Assembly (NCBI RefSeq): GCF_001194135.2
Contig: NC_068992.1
Coordinates: 453,092 to 517,091 of the forward strand
DNA: 64,000 nucleotides
Direction of reading: 5' to 3'
From: Octopus bimaculoides
Taxonomy: Eukaryota
Shown here piece after piece: positions 12,621 to 26,372 of the stretch (its first letter is position 1; each line of letters begins with the position of its first letter). The notes under the pieces are model-generated. The model did no database searches and had not been told where the DNA came from. It saw only the letters and a list, made by a program, of their open reading frames with translations. Position numbers and translations under genes: made by a program.

Positions 12621-15600
12621 AACTTACCTGTAATCAAAACACACACACACATGCATTTGTAAAGCAAAATCGGAAACTGAGGATCCAAGAGAGATCGGTG
12701 CCAATGACAGAGAGAACTGTGAAGGAAAGATTTTGGTGAACAGATCCGCTGTAAATTGACGTAGCGAAGACGAATGCTTGAGTATCCAAAGTTCACATTT
12801 GGAACATATATCTATGACTTCAATTATGTCGCTCTTTGATATTTTCAAAAATGTAACAAAAATATTTTTTGATCAGAGTTGAATTAATTAATTTTCCAAA
12901 TTTACAGTCCATGTTTTGAGTAATATATTATTGATTGTGGCTAACCTTTTAGGGACTAACAGACATTTTCAATTTTACATACATACATATATGCATGCCT
13001 ACGTACAAACATGTATATATACACACGCAATTTAATCGTATACTTTCTTTCCTATGTAAAATAATCCAAAACATGTTTATTTCTCTGAAAGTAATTTTGA
13101 TAATTTAATTTATAATCTAATTTCAGCTTTAGCACCTCTATATTCATAAACAACATTGTGTCGGAAATCCGTTCTATCAACGGTGTGAAGTGTTACAGAC
13201 ATTTAAATACATTACATGATAAGTATATAAAATACTTGAGAAAATTGATTAATTTCTTGCTTCATTGATAAAAATACAAAATAAACATGTGAAATTATTT
13301 GTAAAATCAGATACAAAAATAGATTTACCTCCAGATTTCTCAGAGTAACTTGTTTTTAAAATGTCATATCCCATACATACATAGATACGGCTGGAATGGA
13401 CATATCTTGTAATTTCCTACAATATTATGTTGACGATAAGACCGCTTGCTTTGAATCTAAAAAATGTAACTAAGAGAATATTTGTTTAAGGAAACACCGA
13501 GAAATCTGACGGTAAATCTGATTTGAAATTAATCAAGATTTTTATCAATTGTTATAAATACTCGAGTGTTTACATTTTATTTTTAGATATGAACCAAGAC
13601 ATGTTTCCAAGTGTTTTATAAACTTATCAACTTGCTTAAATCTCTGTAACACTTCAGACCGATGATGGGAATGGAATTTCTGAAACTGTTGTTTGTGGAT
13701 ATTGAACAGATAAAATGCTGAAAGTAAATAAAAAATGAAATTAATGAAAATAGATGCAAAAAAAAAGAAAGAAGGAAAAAGAAATTATTTTACAGATGAA
13801 AGACAGAATAAAAAGCTTTCGTCAAGACGTGTTTCCCTTGTAACCAATGTAAAATATGTACAGATACATATGTCTGAAGATGCGTCTGTTTATGCGAGTG
13901 CTTTGTGTCCCGTTAATTTTCTTTTCTTTCCATCACCTCTCTTAAATATTTCGATACTTCTATACTACTCAGTCTAAATAGATTCAACTCTCTTTTTCTA
14001 TCAGAGCATTCTGTAGCTGCGCCTCTCTTGGTTCTTTTAATATTTTGTTTTTCTCCCGTTCATTAAATTAAATTCCTAGTAATGTACATAATGGCTATAA
14101 TTTTAAAATCAACCACATTCCACAACTTTGCTTATCCTTCTTATTCTTTCAACTCATCTTTTGACTTCTTTTCTTTCTTTCTTTCCTTATTTCTGAATCA
14201 TATCTTGTGGGCTTCCGGAGTAGTAGTCCCGCAGAAGATGTATTTTCTCCGCTGTAGTCGGGATTTGGTCAATTTCTCTTTGTATCCCACCTTTCAAAAC
14301 AATGAAGGGAAACTTTAAAAAAAAAAAAAAAANNNNNNNNNNNNNNNNNNNNNNNNNNNNNNNNNNNNNNNNNNNNNNNNNNNNNNNNNNNNNNNNNNNN
14401 NNNNNNNNNNTTTCACAATTAAGTGATTTTTTTTCTTTTTTTACCTGCCACTATTATATTATCTTACACATAGAAACACGTCTCATAGGCTTGTAAATTA
14501 CATTTAATAGAAAAAGGATGTTTTCAAAAAATCCATGTTTTTCAAAACTTACTACAAAACATCATTTTTTAATATTTTTTGTCAACACCAATAACATTCT
14601 ATCTTTTTTTTCTGATTTCACAGTTTTGGCATCTCATGTTTATTAATTATTTTTTTTTTACCCCAAAATGATATATTTTTCCACACATTTTCCATTTTCT
14701 AAAATCTTTCCCTTTTTCCATACAACACAAAATGTAAATGAATTTTTTAAAAATAATAAAACCATATTTACTTCGTGTTTATTAATTTTTAACTTCAAAA
14801 TTACATTTGTTTTTACTATTGCCATTCTGTAAAAACCCTTATCGCTACGACATAGCACTAAAATGAATTAAGGGAACAACAAGAACTTATCGACTTTCCT
14901 GATTTTTTAAAATTATTGTTTTGCATTGAATTCCGAACAGGAATGACACGATGTTACATTTCTTTCTATTGCGACCACTTGTTTTCGACTCACGGATAAA
15001 AAAAGACTCCGCTTGCTAAAGAAAGAACTATTCACTTAGTTAGAAATCGCAGAGACAAAACGAAAAGCAGTTCAACGTGATTCTCATGAAATTGAATATT
15101 GCCTATCATCTTTTTTCACCCTTCTTATTCTTCGTTTCGAGACAAGTGACAATCAGCTATACAGAAAGTGCACAAATATGTAAAAACCGATATAATGTGA
15201 AAACATGTAACATTGCATACCTGTTTAATTCACTGATGATAAATTTCTGTAATATTGGTTACAAAAGTTTTAAAAGTTTCGACAGCTTCGCTACAATTTA
15301 ATTTATAATCATCCATGTACACTATTTCATTAATGAAACTAATATCACTTACAGTGCCGAATCTATATTTTAATTTCTTTTAATTAGGCACCAATAGGTT
15401 TCTACATAGTTCTTCATACTCTTGTATGACGACCTACAAAATTCTTAGAATGATTAACTATCTCTACCCCAATGAAGAAAGATTCCTGTAACTATCTCAT
15501 TCGTTTGTACAAACTGCACTCTTTGGTAGAACATTATCTTGAATGACATTTTCTAATGCGTCAATACATCTATTCGGTACCTGCTGAAACCTCCACTTTT

Positions 15601-15861
15601 ACCGGTCTTAGAATGCAACAACCAACGTTTGCTTTGATACTCAATCTACATTATTTTCTTCTTAAAAATTAAAGATTCATCTAATTGTACTCAGTGGTTA
15701 ATATCTCCTAACGTTTTGTGTCGTTAAGCATTTTGCTATTGCAGACTTCTCTACAAAGCTCATACCATTGCACAAAACTTTCAATCTCCATGGTTGACAA
15801 TCCAGTACAAGCTGTGACTGACATTTCTCAGACGAATAGAGATGCAATATTAAAAATGGCA

Positions 15862-16075
15862 AAGGCGACGAGCTGGCAGAATCGTTTGTACAACCAGGCA
15901 AAATGCTTAACGATATTTCGCCCGTCTTTACATTCTGATTTCAAATTCTGCCGAAGTTGGCTTTACCTTTCAATATTTTCAGGGTCGATAAAATAAGTAC
16001 TAGTTCGACCCTGGGGTCGATGTTATCGACTTATCTCCTCCGCCAAAATCGCTGTCGTTGTACGAAAATTTGAAG
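15862..16075 (+). mobile_element. tRNA-headed SINE, family A
   Basis: GGCGACGAGCTGGCAGAATCGTT...GATTTCAAATTCTGCCG...GGGTCGATAAAATAAGTAC; homologous to 19935, 22156, 34491, 35126(-), 56403. Confidence 0.8.
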
Positions 16076-16668
16076 TCAATATTAAAAATTGCAGTTGATG
16101 ATAACTTCGAATTTTTCACAAAAGTATCGTTTCCAATTGACTTCGTTTTCTTCCATGTTGAACATTTCCATATATATCCGTCTATGATGGGCGACTTGCA
16201 GTCATTGAAACAACTCTTACGGCGACAAACCCAATTTTCCTCTAGCTATTATCCCTAATAATAATAATAATGATAATAATTTCTTTTATTTGCCACAAGG
16301 TCATAATAAAGGGAACATTACAAGGACATTACAATCTGCGTGGAGGTTTAATTGAAATATGAGAGGGAAGAAAGGGAAAGGACGGGAAAATGAGATAAAA
16401 AAATTGTATATAGAATACACGCACGCGTGTTTTGTTTAACAGTGAAATCAATAACACTCATTCGCGGATCCTTTAGAATGAAGTGTACTAACCAAGGATA
16501 GAAGATAGTACCAGTGGCAGCATTTGAACTATTGATCCTTCAGCTATTCTTTCAGAACGCTATGCAATCCAATCGCTTTCTGCATTGATACAATCTTTGA
16601 AAAAGTTTTTAAAAACCCCACAAGACAATAACGTTCGGAATGGTGACAAGTACAATGATGCTGACGAA

Positions 16669-16710
<42 letters not shown>

Positions 16711-16769
16711 CAGCAGCAACAGCAGCAGTAGTAGTTTGAATGCAATTTTGGGGATAATTAACATCGTTA

Positions 16770-17400
16770 TAATGCACCAGTGGGGTTGCGAGATATTTCA
16801 GCCTTTGAAGATGCGATCAGAAGTTTGTTAGCTTGAGCAGTTAACATAGAACGGAAATAATTGACTAGATGAAACATTCGACCAGCATTTTAGCCATAGA
16901 TAACCCATTATTTTGCAGGACAGGTAGTCTTTAATGGAAGTATGCATTGTTGTTATACTTAGAAAGTCGAACGATCACATTCAAGTCCCCCAGTTGACTA
17001 GGTTTATCAGTATCGGGCAGATTTCGTGAATGATACACGTTGATTACACATAACATGTTCTAGAATAGAAGCATGATGGATTCTAACAACTTATCATTTG
17101 CTGCTCTACTTCTTGTATAGTTTATTCGGCTTAAAGTTGTTGGTAACAATGTGTAATGGCTGTTATATATAGAATCTGTAAATCCTTTTGACAATGATTG
17201 GAACCGTTTACAGTCTTCAAATGGCCACACCATAAAATGGTTATCGTTACGTGTAAACTGCAGTGTTCAAACGTCGTAAAGCTTTGATGCATTGCCACTG
17301 TTTATGAATTCTCTCCAATTCCCTTTCTGCCGCAGAAAATCCTACTGAATGGTCTAGCGTTAGTTGAATCTGAGTTGTTCTCTTTTTCTTCTACTCTTTT
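16770..17400 (-). pseudogene. Degenerate RTE-clade apurinic endonuclease fragment
   Basis: Minus strand yields HSVGFS, PDTDKPSQLGDLNVIV (cf. DKL..LGDFNARVG) and PHWCIITMLII (cf. HWHLIDYVIV) in the expected order. Confidence 0.5.
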
Positions 17401-18969
17401 TGTGTCCATCACAGCGTTTGATTAACATGTATGGGAGGTTTATTGTCTTAATGTAATGTTTGTTGGCAAATTCTGCTTGAATACTGGTGATTGCTATGAG
17501 TGTTGCTACGAGTGACACTGACTTCTATGAAGGTGACAAATGGCTATATTTAATGCATAGAACTCACACAGAAAATAGCAGTTAAAAATCATTTATTCTT
17601 CATTCCTGTTTTGATTTTTTTAAAACAGTAAATAATATATACAAAGATAAATTCTGGTGAAAAGTCAGAATGGAATTGTAGGAAGTTTTAATTTCATATT
17701 TTTCAATCAAGAGAAAAAGATGATTTTTCTATACGTGGAGGCCCAAAGAAAATTAACAGACTTTATAACTTTGACTAAAATATAACCAAATCCAAATGAA
17801 AATGTTTTTGGTAATAAGGCAGCTTAAACGAACATTGGAATGATTCAGAGAGGCTCACCTACCCCATCTTTATATTAGAAGTGTATATTTGATTTGGTAT
17901 TCTCTTATATATATATATATATATATATATATGTAATATATACAGAGTGCAATGGGTAAATTGTTGCCATTTTATAGTTTTAATTTTGCGCACGCGCATT
18001 GTTTGTTTTTGATTTTGTCAGCTACACAGTATAGTAGGGTCAGTTACTGATCAGAGGTCAGAGGTAAAAAATATCGACCTCAGAAATTATTTCAGTCTGG
18101 TAGTTATTTTATCGAACTATTTGTCGAACCACTAGAATACGTGACATAAAGGGACAGATCATAAAGAACGCCAGTTTTTAGTTTAGACCGGTGTAAATGT
18201 ATACACAAACAGGTATACTGTTAATACATTTGTCATCGATTCCAGACAGATGAAAGACAAAGTTGATTTAGTACAATTTGATTTAGAACAGCGTGGTATC
18301 AAACTAAGAGAAACCATTCCGTGTAGTTATTCTATTGTTTTGTTTATCGCCGCAGCTCTTCTCTTTCATAGTATTATACGTTTATTTTCACGTCATTTAA
18401 ATGCATGCACACTGTAATTTATTGCAAGTTTCCCAACTGTAGACCTCGTATTTTTTTGTTCTTTAAACCTGTAGCAATTTGCCTCTTTGAAGGAAGAATC
18501 ACACTAAGAGAAAACGTACTCATTCCGTAGCATAGACATACATACGCACCCGCAGATGCACGCACGCACGCACGCACGCACGCTCACACGCACACATTCA
18601 CTCGGATATATATTGAAAGCAGTCAAAAATGAAAGCAACAACTAAAACAAGAGCAGTTGGAAAATTCACGCAATTAGGAGGCATAATTACATAATCTATT
18701 AGTAACTCTCACTTTCTCTTCCCCTTTCAGACACAACATGAAATGAATTTAGCAGGTTGTAGATTTAGAAACAAAAGCGTTTGCCTTTCTATAAGATTCA
18801 TGACAAGAAATATAATCCACAGGGTGGTTCGCTTTGTTTAGAGAAATCGAAATACACCAAATGGACCTTGATTATTTATTTGTTTGTTTGTGGTGCAGTT
18901 GGATTGTTTCCAGTGTTTCACAGAGGCTAGTGGTAGTGATGATGATGGTGGTCAGGAAGAAAACAGAAA

Positions 18970-19092
<123 letters not shown>

Positions 19093-19417
19093 AGGGAAGG
19101 AGATGCAATGGAAGTGTTAAGCTATTCAGCATTATCATGCATCTCTTGCAGTGGTGATGAAATCTTGATGAAACGAAAGTAAAACTGATTTTGTTTAAAC
19201 AAATAAATAGTACCAAAAAAAAAAATATATATAAAATAAAAAAATAAAACTCCACCCATCCCGCTCGAAAAACAAAAGCTATATTAACAAAGAGCATAAT
19301 AACAGCATAAAAGGATGTTGCAATTTGCCTTAGAGGTGATTTTCGGTGATTTGATAATTTAGTTAACTTTCTGTTGGAGCGAATGCTTTCAATCTTCACC
19401 GTTTCTTTTATTCCTAC

Positions 19418-19452
<35 letters not shown>

Positions 19453-19934
19453 TTTCTCTGTCTATAAATCTTGCTATCGTTCATTCAACTTGTCTTTGTT
19501 TGTATTTGATATTTTATCATTCTATCTTCTGTCTTCTTTCTTTATCCTTCCTTCCTTTCTTCCTCCACCTCTTTTCTCTGTCTGCGACTGTTTTTTGTTC
19601 CATTTTATCTTTTTAGTTTTATCTCTCAAAAAATTTAAAGCGTTTTTAACTTAAAAAATAACTTTCTCCTTAATTTATTTCATTTTGTTTTTATTTCTAT
19701 AGTAGTCTTTCCGCATGTTTTCTTTCTTTCTTTCTTTCTTTCTTTCTTGCTTTCTTTCTTTCTTTAGGTATATGTTTTAGTATGATGCTTTGAACGAGAG
19801 TCTCGCAGTAGCCACAATTGTAAATAACACCTCACCAGCTGCAGAAATATGAACACACTAGGTTGTGAGTTCGTATTTCTGCAAACGGTAGTCTTCACCC
19901 AATGAAGTCCTGAACACATTCGCACACATTCGAA

Positions 19935-20140
19935 CTGGCAGAACCGTTAGCACGCCGGGCGAAATACTTAGCAGCATTTTGCCTGTCTTTACGTTCTGAG
20001 TTCAAATTTCGCTGAGGTCGACTTTGCCTTTCATCCTTTCAGGGTCGATAAATTAAGTACCAATTGCGTACTGGAGTCGATCTAATCGACTGGTCCCCCT
20101 CCCTAGAAATTTCGGACCTTGTGTATAGAGTAGAAAGGAA
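19935..20140 (+). mobile_element. tRNA-headed SINE, family A
   Basis: Colinear with 56403-56616. Confidence 0.85.
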
Positions 20141-20232
20141 TATTAGTCGTTGACAAAATTTATGTTTGCTTCACAGTATGATTATTTTTCACTTTTAACA
20201 ATAATAATAATAATTATTATTATTTCTCACTT

Positions 20233-20234
<2 letters not shown>

Positions 20235-20265
<31 letters not shown>

Positions 20266-20362
20266 GCATCGAAAAATACCTTAGGAATGAGAACCCAGGT
20301 TCGAAATTTTCCCAGGATAAACAAGATGAGGACAAATATCCGTCAAAGGTAAATAATGTAAA
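20235..20362 (+). mobile_element. HHR-family element copy, (AAT)n plus 3' module, with the ribozyme core deleted
   Basis: (AAT)n-GCATCGAAAAATACCTTAGGAATGAGAACCCAGGTTCGAAATTTTCCCAGGA joined to AAACAAGATGAGGACAAATATCCGTCAAAGGTAAATAATGTA; about 50 nt present in the 50067-50216 copy are missing. Confidence 0.85.
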
Positions 20363-21599
20363 TTGACGAATATTCCAAGACTCAAGTTTGAAATTTGCCT
20401 TTGAATATAGCTTATAACTGGATACGCTTCACCGCCTGGTTAAGCTCACCTGTACGTCGTGTAAGAAGAGAAATTCTTCAGTTGTGCTACATCGAATATG
20501 TTGCTTTTTGAATCCTTTATCACGAAGCACTAACAGTATCTCCACGAGTCACCAAGGGAGCTTCTACGTGCCGCTCTCCTCCACTGAAACAGCAACCACA
20601 TTTCCATCAAACTATAAACTTGCTAAAAAAAAGCAAAATAGATAATTTATTCTTGGTCACACTATTTTTGAAAAGAACAGGATGGTCACGGCTGGAATAC
20701 ATTTGCAGATAAGTAAACTTGATCTGAGTTGACCTGAGCGAAATAAAACAGCAGCAGCAGCAGCAGCAACAACAACAACAACATCATCAGCAGCAACAAG
20801 AACAACAACAAGATGAAACAAATGCTCAATCCGCTAATGATTTTCAGTTACGACATGTACTATTTCTCTTTTTATTAGCTGCTTACTCCAGATTAATAAT
20901 ATTCATGCTATTGTTGTTAACTATTTTGCCAAGTAGAAAGTTTTCAATGAAGACATTCATCTAAACGACATATATGCATTTTTATTAATTTCATTGAAAC
21001 CGAAATAGTTTATCTTATCTAAGTAATATTAAACGCCATTTTCCCTTCTCAGTTTTCAACATCACGTAATTAGATTTAAAACAGAATATTATTTCATATC
21101 TATGTATTATCAAGTCTTGTCCTTTATGTATTGATTCTGAATAAAGAGAACACTTACAAATGGAAGAAAGCAATACTGGTCTTGTTGCCAAACAAATTTC
21201 AAAGCATTTTTTTACTACAAAATATTTTTGCCAAATGTCTAATCCATTTTATTTATACGCCAGAAAAGATAAGAAAGATAAAATATATCTTTGAAAAATC
21301 TCCAATGACGCACAGAAAATGTATAATATATCACATTATATGATGACATGAAAAGATTTGTTTTCTTTTAACTGGACAAGGCCCTATAGTTTTACGATTT
21401 ATATTAAAAATTGAAGACGCTATTTCCTTAGAGCTTCTACTTCAATGGCATTTATTTGATAGAACGGCAAGTTGTACGAATGTGATAAATTATAAAACAT
21501 CATCATGGTTGTTGGTGGCTGTTCGCTTTGATTAAAAGCGTTCCACTCGTGGCTGCCCTATCTTCTTTCAGGCATTGCGTATTTTATCTCATCTGGATC

Positions 21600-21823
21600 T
21601 ATTTAACTTCTATTTAAATTTTAAATACTTCTTCAGTGTATCTAACAATCTGTCGACAATTGTTTGCAAATAGTTTCCTTGTTATACTCTGACTGCACAA
21701 TCGTCAGCAAATAATGTTTCTATCGACGGCTGTCGTGTGCGCTACAAGTTGACGAAGATCGACGAGACACCAGTCTCGTCAATAGTTGATGTAGAAAGTC
21801 ATGTCTAGGTTGTTAACCTCCTG

Positions 21824-21825
<2 letters not shown>
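21600..21825 (-). pseudogene. RTE-clade reverse transcriptase fragment
   Basis: Minus strand: DWCLVDLRQLVAHTT then IETLFADDCAVRV*QGNYLQTIVDRLL, matching RTE RT (LFNLRRL.A.TK...LLFADDCAL...LQ.IVDRF). Confidence 0.7.
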
Positions 21826-21868
<43 letters not shown>

Positions 21869-22155
21869 TTACTACTACTTCTACTGCTGCTGCTGCTGCT
21901 ACTCAGTAAACCAAGAATCTTCAAGCAGTTAGGTTTATTTTTTCGGGTGGGAAATGGGTCCAATATTTGATAAAATGATGAAAATGAAGTGAGGTTTACA
22001 CAGGTTACCGAGTATACCTACTTCTCAACTTCCAAGTTCTTTTACTTGCCTGCTCCATGACATTTAATTTTAAATATGACAGTGATAATGTTGAACCCTC
22101 CCTCTTCTTCGCAATGAAGCTATGTCCGTTCTAGTAATATCTTATCGTTGTACAG

Positions 22156-22365
22156 GAAGGTGACGAGCTGGCAGAAACGTTAGCACACCGGGCAAAATGC
22201 TTAGCGGTATTTCGTCTGCCGTTACGTTCTGAGTTCAAACTCCTCCGAGGTCGACTTTGCATTTCATCCTTTCGGGGTCGATAAATTAAGTATCAGCTGC
22301 GTTTTGGGGTCGATCTAATCGACTGGCCTCCTCCCCCAACATTTCGGGCCTTGTGTCTAGAGTAG
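22156..22365 (+). mobile_element. tRNA-headed SINE, family A, with 11-bp target-site duplication
   Basis: Near-identical to 56403 copy; GTTGTACAGGA at 22147-22157 and 22383-22393 (a 10-N gap lies in the tail). Confidence 0.88.
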
Positions 22366-23089
22366 NNNNNNNNNNGATTAATGTTGTACAGGATGAGCTG
22401 AAGTTGGTTCGCACCAGTTCCTATGAAATGGTTATTTAAACAAAAAAAAAAGCTCTTTTGTAAATGAAAATTAGTTAATTTTATGTCAAATAATTTTGGC
22501 ACAAACATTTTCACTGGAAAAAAAATAAAACTGTCCGTAATATTTTCACTGTAAACATTTTTGCTGGGGATTTTACTATAAGAATTTTTGTGTCAAATAT
22601 GTTTAAAGAAATTGTACAAAAAAACAGAAATAAAATACAACAACGGCACCTTGCTTCCTATTTCAGTCTAGTGCGCAGTTTGCTTCGTTGGAAATAAGAA
22701 AGGAAATAATACAAATATAACACGGGTTAACCAATAGTTTTAATACTTTCAGTTAGTTCACAGTCTTCGTTATCAATGCGTTTTTTTGTTGACAATTTGG
22801 AATTCTTTACATAGAACCGGTGTTTAAATTTTTCAGTTACTTGAAAAACTAGCTGTTAAAATTTTCGGATCTCACCACTAAGTACAGGTATTTGTAGATA
22901 GTTGTGATTATAGATTGTGTAGCTGTGAACATGAACATACACGTAGGGATGCTTACAGATGATGTGGAAAAGCCTTTGGTTTGGATATTCATGAAAAACA
23001 AGAGACGTTATTAACCTTAACCAGATTCATGCAACGACGAGGGATCCGTGAACTATTTTATCATCTTAGGTATGAATATGTATATCACA

Positions 23090-24220
23090 GTATTTCATCA
23101 CATCAACTAACGTGGCATCGTGCTCGCAGCTTCTGATGTTTACGAGATATATTCAGTCAAGTTTAGTTTTAAAAAGAGTTTTTACTCTGTTCTCCTCTTG
23201 AAACAATAAGGTTTCAATTATTTTGGAAAAAATTTCATTTTTATTCGAATCAGAAGACTTTTTGTGGCATAATTCTGAGCGACCTGTACAAACACAGCCT
23301 CCTCAGCTTTGGTTTCAATCTTGTGCGGAAAAGTGTGCTTCGAAATTGTAAGGCATTCATTGGATGATCCATTATTAAGTGCTGACCTAAAAATGCTTTA
23401 AAACCTAACTTGAAAAGCTTTTCGATGAAATAGTTCAAATTGCGAATATTATCAAAGAAAAAGCTCGTAGCTCATGGTCCCTTAAAGCAGTTATATGTTG
23501 ATGTGGATGCAGGCTAATATGTGCTCCAGTTCTGCACAAATACTCGATGGTTTTCAAGAGGAAATGTAATTGAATGAATATTTTAGGTTAGAGGTGAGTT
23601 AAAATTATTTTATGATATTCAAGGTAAAGTGAAATCTTTTATCTGGCTGAATGGTGACGAATGCATTATGTACTGGAATGATTTGGCTGAAAATCATGTC
23701 TTCAGCAGCAATAAAGGAAAAGAAACATACAATTCATCGATTCACTCAAAACATTCGTGAGCAAACTAGAAAATTGGGAGAGAAAGATCATTATAACAAA
23801 TGCTGAAATGTTTGAGAAGACCTTGTGCAACTGAAATTTCCAAATAATTAAACTTTACTGCATTTGACAGCACTAAAAAATTAATTCCGCTGATATTTTT
23901 CTCAATTAGGAGATGAGGAATTAGATTTTGTGCGTAATCTATTTAAATTCATGGTTGAGAAAGTTCTCGATTATAAAGATGTATTTCTGGAACTGAAGAA
24001 ATACAGAATTTTAGCCCTTGATGTGAGATTCCTGGACAAAAGTAGTAGAAAGGGTTACACACGCATTGTATCCAATTGTGTGAGTATCTTTATGCGTCGG
24101 GATTTTCAATGAAGCAAAAGGGAAAATGAAAATGACCTTAATTTGATCTCCAAGAACTAACGAAAAGATATAAAGAAAAATCCTCACAGGCTTACCACCA
24201 GCTATAGCCTTCATCAGAAT
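23090..24220 (+). pseudogene. Degenerate hAT (Charlie/Buster-type) transposase
   Basis: Motifs in order: STNVASCSQLLMFTRYI (DESTD...QL..F.RY), TCTNTASSAL (CTDGA), IHY*VL, IVQIANIIK, TNTRWFSRGNVIE (TEVRWLSRG), QLCEYLYASGFS (TYLCESGFS); many stops and frameshifts. Confidence 0.8.
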
Positions 24221-26094
24221 AAAATAAATTGCAATCCCCGACTTTCTAACGAACTGTTACTTAGGAAAATTAAAGAAAGCCCATTACTTTTATGCAAGTC
24301 TTAAAATCCATTATTTTCTTTTGCTGTTAAATTTGTAAAATTGTATTATAACAAATAAGTGAATGAATGCATAGTAACATAGACAATATTATTTGAAGTT
24401 CAATATTGAATGCATAATATTTGCAAAGGCATCGTTTGGAATATAACAAAATAGTGCCTGTTTCTAATATGATGAGAGATCATGTGGAGGTTACTTTGCT
24501 GCAGACGAAGTGGAAAAGTTGATATACAACTGGACTACAATTTCCTGGTTGCAAGTTCGAATCCGTTTCTTAGCTATACGTTGCACTTCTGAACTGGCCA
24601 ATGTTCTATATTCGTTAAACATTTGATGCGCTCGTTGCACCAGATTACATCTATTCTCATTGATGTTTTCATTACACGAAACATTACTTCTGGTTCACTT
24701 GAGTCATTTCCCTCAGCTCATGTTTTGCAATTATGCGAATTACTGCTGACAAAAATGATCCTAGCTATTTTCTGCTTGTAAAAAGAATCCTCTTCCACTA
24801 GCCTCACAGGTCTGAGGTTATACTTCGTTGACGAGGATCTAATAAAACAAAAATATGGGTAGTCGCCCCTGTTGCTGTTAAACAAAGAAAAATTTTCCAC
24901 GAAGTCTAAAAATGATATGTTGTGAAGTTAGTTCTTAATTTCTAGAAAACGCTCTAATTAGAATTTCAACTTGCTACTTCGACCTTGTCAGAAAAAAAAA
25001 GTATTGGGTACATTCAAAGTTTTATCTCTCCATAAAACAGCATCAACCTATTTTCTGTTTTCTATTTTTTCTTCCTTCTTTTCTCTCCCAATATCCGCAT
25101 CAAAAAAAAAAGAAAGAAAAAAAGAAAAATATGATTAAAAAATAGAATAGAGTACAATATAGTATATATAATCTAGTAATTTATTCAGAATACGTACAAG
25201 ATATAGAAATAAATCATCTACGGGAATGGAACTAGATGGAAATAGTAAATATTAAGTGTATAAACCACATAACATTTCGAGACAGTTTTAACGGTAAGTT
25301 AAAAAATAAATAGAAATAAAATAAAAAGGAAGGAAATAAGTGTCATATGCATTTCTCCCTTTCAATAAAACCATATAAACCAGTGACTAAAAATGCTTAC
25401 AAAGAGAAATACAAATGTGTGAGCTATGACAAAGAGACGCCTTAATTTGAACGAAGATAGTCGTGCTGTTATGTAATCACTTCTTGCAAACGTTGATAAA
25501 AAAAAAACACATATGATCACCTGTATGTTAGTCATTCACCTATTTGAAACGCAGACACACATACGAAGCCGTTGCTGATACTAAACAAAAAGTTAGTGAT
25601 AAATTTTCTAAAACACACTTGAATACTAAATATTATTGCTTTATAGAGACATTTATGAGGAATAAAGACATGAGACTGTATGACGTTCAAGCCTACGATA
25701 TATATGTTTCTTAAGAGGCGCCAAAGAAGTAAAATTAGGATTAGAAATCCTGCCACAAACCCAGTATGCCAGGATTTTACGCCTCTTGATCTACGAAGCT
25801 CACCATATTGTTACGATTATAAGAGGATCCAATCTATTAGTGTAAAACTTTCAAAGTTCCTAGAAATTTGGAGAACTACTCACTTCTATACAAAGATGGT
25901 TATTATTTTATATATAGAATTTCATGGATGCCGTAGAAAATCAATATTGCCCATAAATGAAAGATAAAGCATAATTTCGTTTGATTTTTTCCAGAATATT
26001 TGATAGCTTGGCAGTAAACCACATTGACTAGCTGACAAGAAAAGATTACAGAATGAGTCAGAGAGAAAAAAAGGAGGGAGAGAAATAGAGATAG

Positions 26095-26173
<79 letters not shown>

Positions 26174-26333
26174 AAGAGAAGGGAAACAGAGATAAAAGGG
26201 AAGTGAGGAGAAATGTTTTCCTAAGTATATAACTAGACTTGTGATTTATTCTTAATGAGAACAGAGCATAAAATACGGAAAGAGGAATTTCAGATCTTAT
26301 TGAAATATAACAGCCGTCTCTCTCTCTTTCTCT

Positions 26334-26372
<39 letters not shown>

